Origin: an uncultured Verrucomicrobiae bacterium
Lineage (GTDB): Bacteria > Verrucomicrobiota > Verrucomicrobiia > Opitutales > JABDGR01
Direction of reading: 5' to 3'
Assembly: GCA_963765205.1 (NCBI GenBank)
Contig: CAVXVB010000011.1
Span: 64,001 to 128,000, forward strand
DNA: 64,000 nt
This document shows, in pieces, positions 59,816 to 64,000 of the stretch (the first letter of the stretch is position 1; every line of letters begins with the position of its first letter). The notes beneath the pieces are model-generated. The model had not been told where the DNA came from and did not search any database. It saw nothing but the letters and a program-made list of their open reading frames with translations. Position numbers and translations under genes: made by a program.

Positions 59816-60991
59816 TTACGCGCCGGCGGGCAGCGCCAGCGCCTGCGCATGGATGTAATCAAGATGCGCCCGCGCGGCCTGTAATTCTTCCGCGATTTGG
59901 CGGCGCCATTCGGACAGGGTCTCGCGGGTCACGTCCATTTTCCCGCGCGCGGCCACCTGCAATTCGGCGATGCGCTCGGAGAGCCGCTTTGAAATCTGCT
60001 GCACCGCTTCAATGGAATGGGCGACCAGTTCGCGGGCCTGCACGGACATCGGCGTCGAGATCTTTTCCAGGTGCGTGTCAATCTGGTAACGCGCCTCGGT
60101 CAATTCCGCGAGGAGGATGCGCGAGGCGGGCACGCGCCGCAGGTCGCTGGTCAGGCCGAGTTTGCTGAGGGTCCAAATCGTCCACTTGGTCGGGTCGAAC
60201 TGCCAGAACTTCACGCCGTTGCGGTAGTCGTGCTGGAACTCGTGGTGGAAATTGTGGTAGCCTTCGCCGAAGGTCACGAGGGCGACGAGGCCGCTGTCGC
60301 GCGCGCTGCACTTGGTCGAATAAGGCCGGCGGCCGACGCAGTGGCAGACGGAGTTGATGCAAAAGGTGCTGTGTTGCACACAGACGATGCGCAGCACGCC
60401 GCCAATCAGAAAACCGCCCAGCGCCTGAATGCCGACTTCCGCAGCCGTGCCGTAGTGGAACCAGCCATAGAGCGCGCCGAGCAGCGTGGGCAGGCCGAAG
60501 CCAACCACAACGCCGATCAGGTTCGTCCAACGATGCTGCCAGAGGACGAGTTTGTCCTTCCACAAATCCGGAATGTTGTCCTGGGGCGGCTCGGGGCGCA
60601 GCTTGAACATCATCCAGCCCATGTGGGCATACCAGAAACCCTTGGTGATGTCGTAGGGGTCTTCGTCCTCGTCCACATGCTTGTGGTGGTTGCGGTGGTC
60701 GCTGACCCAGTCAATCGCGGAGTTCTCGAAGGAGGCCGAGCCAAAAATCAGCACCAAAAGCCGGATGGGCATTTTGGCTTTGAAACTCAGGTGCGCAAAC
60801 AACCGATGGTAGCCAAAGGTGATGGACAGGCCCGTCGCAATGTAAAACGCAAAGAAGAGGCCGACCAGAAACCAATTCAGGCCGAAGTGCCAGATATACC
60901 ACGGAACCGCGGTGACGGCGATGGCCAGGGTGACAATCAGGAAGGTGCTGGTTACCCAGATGACCCGGTCGAAAGGGATACGTTTGAACAT
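59816..60991 (-). CDS. Delta-9 acyl-CoA/acyl-lipid desaturase
   Basis: His boxes GYHRLFAH, HRNHH, GEGYHNFHH; DPTKW. Confidence 0.95.
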   Translation of the reverse strand: MFKRIPFDRVIWVTSTFLIVTLAIAVTAVPWYIWHFGLNWFLVGLFFAFYIATGLSITFGYHRLFAHLSFKAKMPIRLLVLIFGSASFENSAIDWVSDHRNHHKHVDEDEDPYDITKGFWYAHMGWMMFKLRPEPPQDNIPDLWKDKLVLWQHRWTNLIGVVVGFGLPTLLGALYGWFHYGTAAEVGIQALGGFLIGGVLRIVCVQHSTFCINSVCHCVGRRPYSTKCSARDSGLVALVTFGEGYHNFHHEFQHDYRNGVKFWQFDPTKWTIWTLSKLGLTSDLRRVPASRILLAELTEARYQIDTHLEKISTPMSVQARELVAHSIEAVQQISKRLSERIAELQVAARGKMDVTRETLSEWRRQIAEELQAARAHLDYIHAQALALPAGA

Positions 60992-61431
60992 AAGAAGGGA
61001 AGGGGGGTGCCTTGAATTATCGGCAGGTTGGGTCGCAGGATAATTTCCGGACGAGTCTTTTTTGGCGGATTGCAACCCAAAGGCAAGCGCCGAAAACACG
61101 AATTTCTTGAGCAAGACAGATTTCAGCGCTGCTTGCAATGCTTATTACCCGAGGTCATTTTGCCCCCGCTCCAAATTCCAGCGGGAGGCACTTTGCGACG
61201 GCGGTTTTTGGCCCGCCCGGCCAAATTTGCCGCTTTGCGGGAGAAAGAATTAAAAACTTTAATTTCAAACATCTCATTACTGATTAACGACTTATTGATT
61301 TATGAACAAATTCCCCCGGCATTTTTGAACGAAACGGTCTCGACGGCGTCTCTCTCTTTAGAACGCGGTTGGCTTACTTAGTCCGATTGCGATCTGGTTT
61401 CAGTTCAGTTTGTGGTTCGATTTAGGTTCAG

Positions 61432-61467
61432 GCACGGCCCCTCGTCTGAGGGGCCGTGTTTGTTTTT
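61432..61467 (+). terminator. Rho-independent terminator with no obvious upstream CDS
   Basis: CACGGCCCCTC-GTCT-GAGGGGCCGTG stem then TTTGTTTTT. Confidence 0.8.
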
Positions 61468-61477
61468 AGGGGTAAAG

Positions 61478-61612
61478 GAATGGAAGATGGAAAAAGGAAA
61501 ATGGAAAAAGCCAGACCCTGTGAAGCGGCAGAAGTAGGTGTTTGGACGCATAACGTCTTGATTTTGAGGGCTTGGTTCGTGTTTTCCCTCTTCCATTTTC
61601 CATCTTCCATTC
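61478..61612. repeat. Inverted pair of heptamer tracts (TGGAARA / TYTTCCA)
   Basis: Arms 61478-61508 and 61582-61612 are reverse complements at 28 of 31 positions. Confidence 0.9.
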
Positions 61613-61625
61613 ATTAGACTGCGCC

Positions 61626-62384
61626 ATGCTCCGCGTGTTCCATCCCGGTCCCTGGCCCGCCGTGGGCGGGGAAATCCTCCTCGCCGCCGCCGAATCCAGC
61701 CACCTCGTCCGTGTCCGCCGGGCGCGGGCGGGTGAAATCGTGGAAGTGCTTGATGGCCGGGGCGGCGTGGCGACGGGCGCGTTGCTGGGCGAGGATGCCA
61801 AGGCCGCGCGCGTGCGCGTGGATAAGATCACGCGCCAGCTTGCGCCTGTGTCGCGCGTGCTCGCGGTCGGCCTGCCCAAGGGCGACGGGTTGGTCGAAAT
61901 CATCCGCCAGGCGACGGAACTCGGCGCGACGGCCGTGCAGCCCCTGTTCACCGCCCGCAGCGAAGTCCGCCTCGCCGAGCAGGACCGCGCCGCCCGCAAA
62001 CTCGACCGCTGGCGCGCCGCGGCCCTCGAAGCCGGCAAGCAATCCGGCAACCCCTGGCAGCCCGTCATCCACGCCCCAGTGGAATTGGGAAAGTGGCTCG
62101 CCGCTTTACCTTCCGCCGCTCCGTCTAGTAGCCCGCAGGAAATTCGCCTCGTCGCCGCACTGACCCCCGACGCCAAACCCTTGCGGGAGCTATCTCCCCT
62201 TTGTCCCTCTGTCCCTTTGTCCCTCTGTCCCTTCACAATCGCCGTCGGCCCCGAAGGCGACTTCACCCCCGCCGAATACGCCGCCTTCCAAGCCGCCGGC
62301 TTCCAAGCCGTGAGACTGCCCGGCCACGTCCTCCGCGTCGAAACGGCTTGCGTTGTTGCGCTTGCGCTGTTGAATGGCCAATAA
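61626..62384 (+). CDS. rsmE: 16S rRNA m3U1498 methyltransferase
   Basis: HLVRVRR, RQATELG, EAGKQSG, VGPEGDF, VLRVETA. Confidence 0.95.
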   Translation: MLRVFHPGPWPAVGGEILLAAAESSHLVRVRRARAGEIVEVLDGRGGVATGALLGEDAKAARVRVDKITRQLAPVSRVLAVGLPKGDGLVEIIRQATELGATAVQPLFTARSEVRLAEQDRAARKLDRWRAAALEAGKQSGNPWQPVIHAPVELGKWLAALPSAAPSSSPQEIRLVAALTPDAKPLRELSPLCPSVPLSLCPFTIAVGPEGDFTPAEYAAFQAAGFQAVRLPGHVLRVETACVVALALLNGQ

Positions 62385-62398
62385 GTAACTAAAAGCCA

Positions 62399-63415
62399 AT
62401 GGATTACGAAGCCTGTCCAGTTTGTTTTAGCCCGAGTCAAATCCGCGTTATAGGAGATGCGGAAGCGGTTAGTTGCTTCAGATGCGGAAATTTCGAGATA
62501 GATGGTACAGCGAAGGCAATGTTGCCAGACCAAATAGATACTCCTATAAAACGATCAATGGGTTCGAGTTATATGTATGGCGCCCAAGGAATGAAGATAT
62601 CGCGAGACGAAATAATATTTTTAAAGACGGTGACTCGTCCGCCAATTTCTCAAAGAGCAAGGCGGTTATTATCTTGTCTTGCAAAAGCTTGCCCCAACAT
62701 TGGCCAAAGCATGCAGATTCACAGCAGTTCGGTCGCCACAATTCTCGATGTAATCTTTAAACATGGCTTGGGGCCTTATGACCTTTCGAGGGGTGAACCT
62801 GTTAGGAGTTTTTTGCAAGACCCACATTTTTTTCTGCCTTTGCTTGCATCTTCTTACTCACCGGGACCCGATGAGTTAGTATATATTTTGGGCCACTATC
62901 TTAGCGACACACTCGGCTATCTTGGAAAACATGGAGTGTTCAATTATGCAATAACTGGCAAGGGCTGGGAGTTCCTCCAGGAATCACCGAAGGCGGCGGA
63001 CAGCAGTGAGGCTTTTGTCGCGATGAGTTTTGGCCCTGATCTTTTGCCGTTCTATATTCAAGTAATTGAAAAGGGTGTTAGGGAAGCAGGCTACAATCCG
63101 GTGCGTTTAGACAGAACAGAAACCATTAATCGAATTGATGATGAAATTATCGCTTCAATTCGAAGAGCAAAATTTGTTGTCGCTGATTTTACGGAACAAA
63201 AGGCCGGGGCTTACTTTGAAGCAGGTTATGCCCTCGGACTTGGCTTAAAAGTTGTTTGGATGTGCAGCGAAAAGGACAAGAAAAACGTGCATTTCGATAC
63301 CAGACAGTTCAACATGATCTTTTGGGAGGACGACAAGTTTGAGGAAGCAAAACGTATGCTCAAGAACCGTATCGAGGCTAATTTTGGACATGGTGCCATA
63401 AAGGCAGACACATAA
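62399..63415 (+). CDS. Zn-ribbon plus nucleoside 2-deoxyribosyltransferase-like domain protein
   Basis: CPVC-x15-CFRC; C-terminal AFVAMSF, IDDEII..IRRAKFVVADFT, GAYFEAGYALG, HFD; visibly AT-rich. Confidence 0.8.
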   Translation: MDYEACPVCFSPSQIRVIGDAEAVSCFRCGNFEIDGTAKAMLPDQIDTPIKRSMGSSYMYGAQGMKISRDEIIFLKTVTRPPISQRARRLLSCLAKACPNIGQSMQIHSSSVATILDVIFKHGLGPYDLSRGEPVRSFLQDPHFFLPLLASSYSPGPDELVYILGHYLSDTLGYLGKHGVFNYAITGKGWEFLQESPKAADSSEAFVAMSFGPDLLPFYIQVIEKGVREAGYNPVRLDRTETINRIDDEIIASIRRAKFVVADFTEQKAGAYFEAGYALGLGLKVVWMCSEKDKKNVHFDTRQFNMIFWEDDKFEEAKRMLKNRIEANFGHGAIKADT

Positions 63416-63460
63416 TTATTATGCGAAATCTGCTGACGGAAATTCCAGGGCGTGACTGGA

Positions 63461-63637
63461 TTATTTTTTTGTCGCAGCAGTGATACTCTTTAAATTTGAA
63501 ACGACGTATAGTTTTGAGCCTTCGAGATTTTTATTTTGGATGCTAGAAACGTGTGATAATTTCGAGCGTTTCCCCCAGCTTTTCAGTATGGCATTCGCCA
63601 TTAAAGCATCCGGGACATTTTGTTTTTTTATTGCCAT
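63461..63637 (-). CDS. Possible small basic AT-rich ORF (58 aa), in frame with the gmhA read-through
   Basis: ATG 63637 gives MAIKKQNVPDALMANAILKSWGK...; composition differs sharply from gmhA. Confidence 0.35.
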   Translation of the reverse strand: MAIKKQNVPDALMANAILKSWGKRSKLSHVSSIQNKNLEGSKLYVVSNLKSITAATKK

Positions 63638-63639
63638 GC

Positions 63640-64000
63640 CTATCCCAAAAAACGTCTCCTCCAGCATCAGGCACAAACAGTGGTAGATGGGCAGATGGAA
63701 TTCCTGAATTTTAAAGGTTTCCTTTTCGGGGGCGCGGATGCAGGCGTCGCATTTGGCCAATAATTTGCCGCCGGTGGCGCCGGTGAGGCCGATGATTTTC
63801 ATGCCGCGCGCCTTCGCCGCATCGGCGGCGTGGAGGACGTTGGCGGAGTTGCCGGAGGTGGTGAGGGCCAGCAGGGCGTCGCCCGGACGGCCGAGGCCCC
63901 AGGTGAGTTGCGCGTAAACATACTTCGGGTCGCAATCGTTGCCGAAGGCGGAGACGAGGGCCGTCAGTTGCGGGAGCGGGATGGCGGGGAGCGCGCCTTG
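63640..64000 (-). CDS. gmhA: SIS-domain phosphoheptose isomerase (3' part; 5' end outside window)
   Basis: TAL..FGND, GRPGDALLALTTSGNSANV, IGLTG, IQEFHLPIYHCLCLMLE. Confidence 0.88.

Noticed and set aside
61028..61381. 117-aa ORF as the gene served by the orphan terminator
   Set aside because: No ATG start, no motif, and it spans the AT-rich upstream region of the desaturase.
1..64000. tRNA, rRNA, integrase or prophage genes
   Set aside because: None recognised by eye; a tRNAscan/Rfam run would be needed to exclude them formally.

Overview
High-GC bacterial chromosomal segment; gene content and protein styles suggest Verrucomicrobiota (Opitutales-like), which is an inference. In order: a tandem array of four paralogous membrane-anchored hypothetical genes; a Wsp-like chemosensory cluster (MCP, two CheW, hybrid CheA) with no CheR/CheB whose WspR-type receiver is fused to a PP2C phosphatase and followed by an RsbW-like kinase; housekeeping genes (thiE, prmA, purN, msrB, tatC, sua5, rpsR, rodA, RNase E/G, rsmE, gmhA); a beta-helix surface protein bracketed by palindromic elements; a polysaccharide export module (two OPX-like genes plus wzc); a lower-GC block with an RND efflux system, two porins and a phosphatase remnant; a SNF2 helicase; a hydrolase-DedA-ATP-grasp fusion with a glycosyltransferase; a complete IS5-family element; a nucleotidyltransferase toxin-antitoxin-like pair; an ABC exporter; a desaturase; and an AT-rich candidate defence gene. 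The most unusual non-coding signal is a set of 7-9 bp tandem-repeat tracts with many different unit sequences. They form inverted pairs across intergenic regions, often end just before start codons, and sometimes lie in frame inside proteins. A separate ~95-bp dispersed repeat occurs three times. Three genes carry clear +1 frameshifts and a fourth is likely; these may be assembly errors. No rRNA, tRNA or CRISPR array was recognised.
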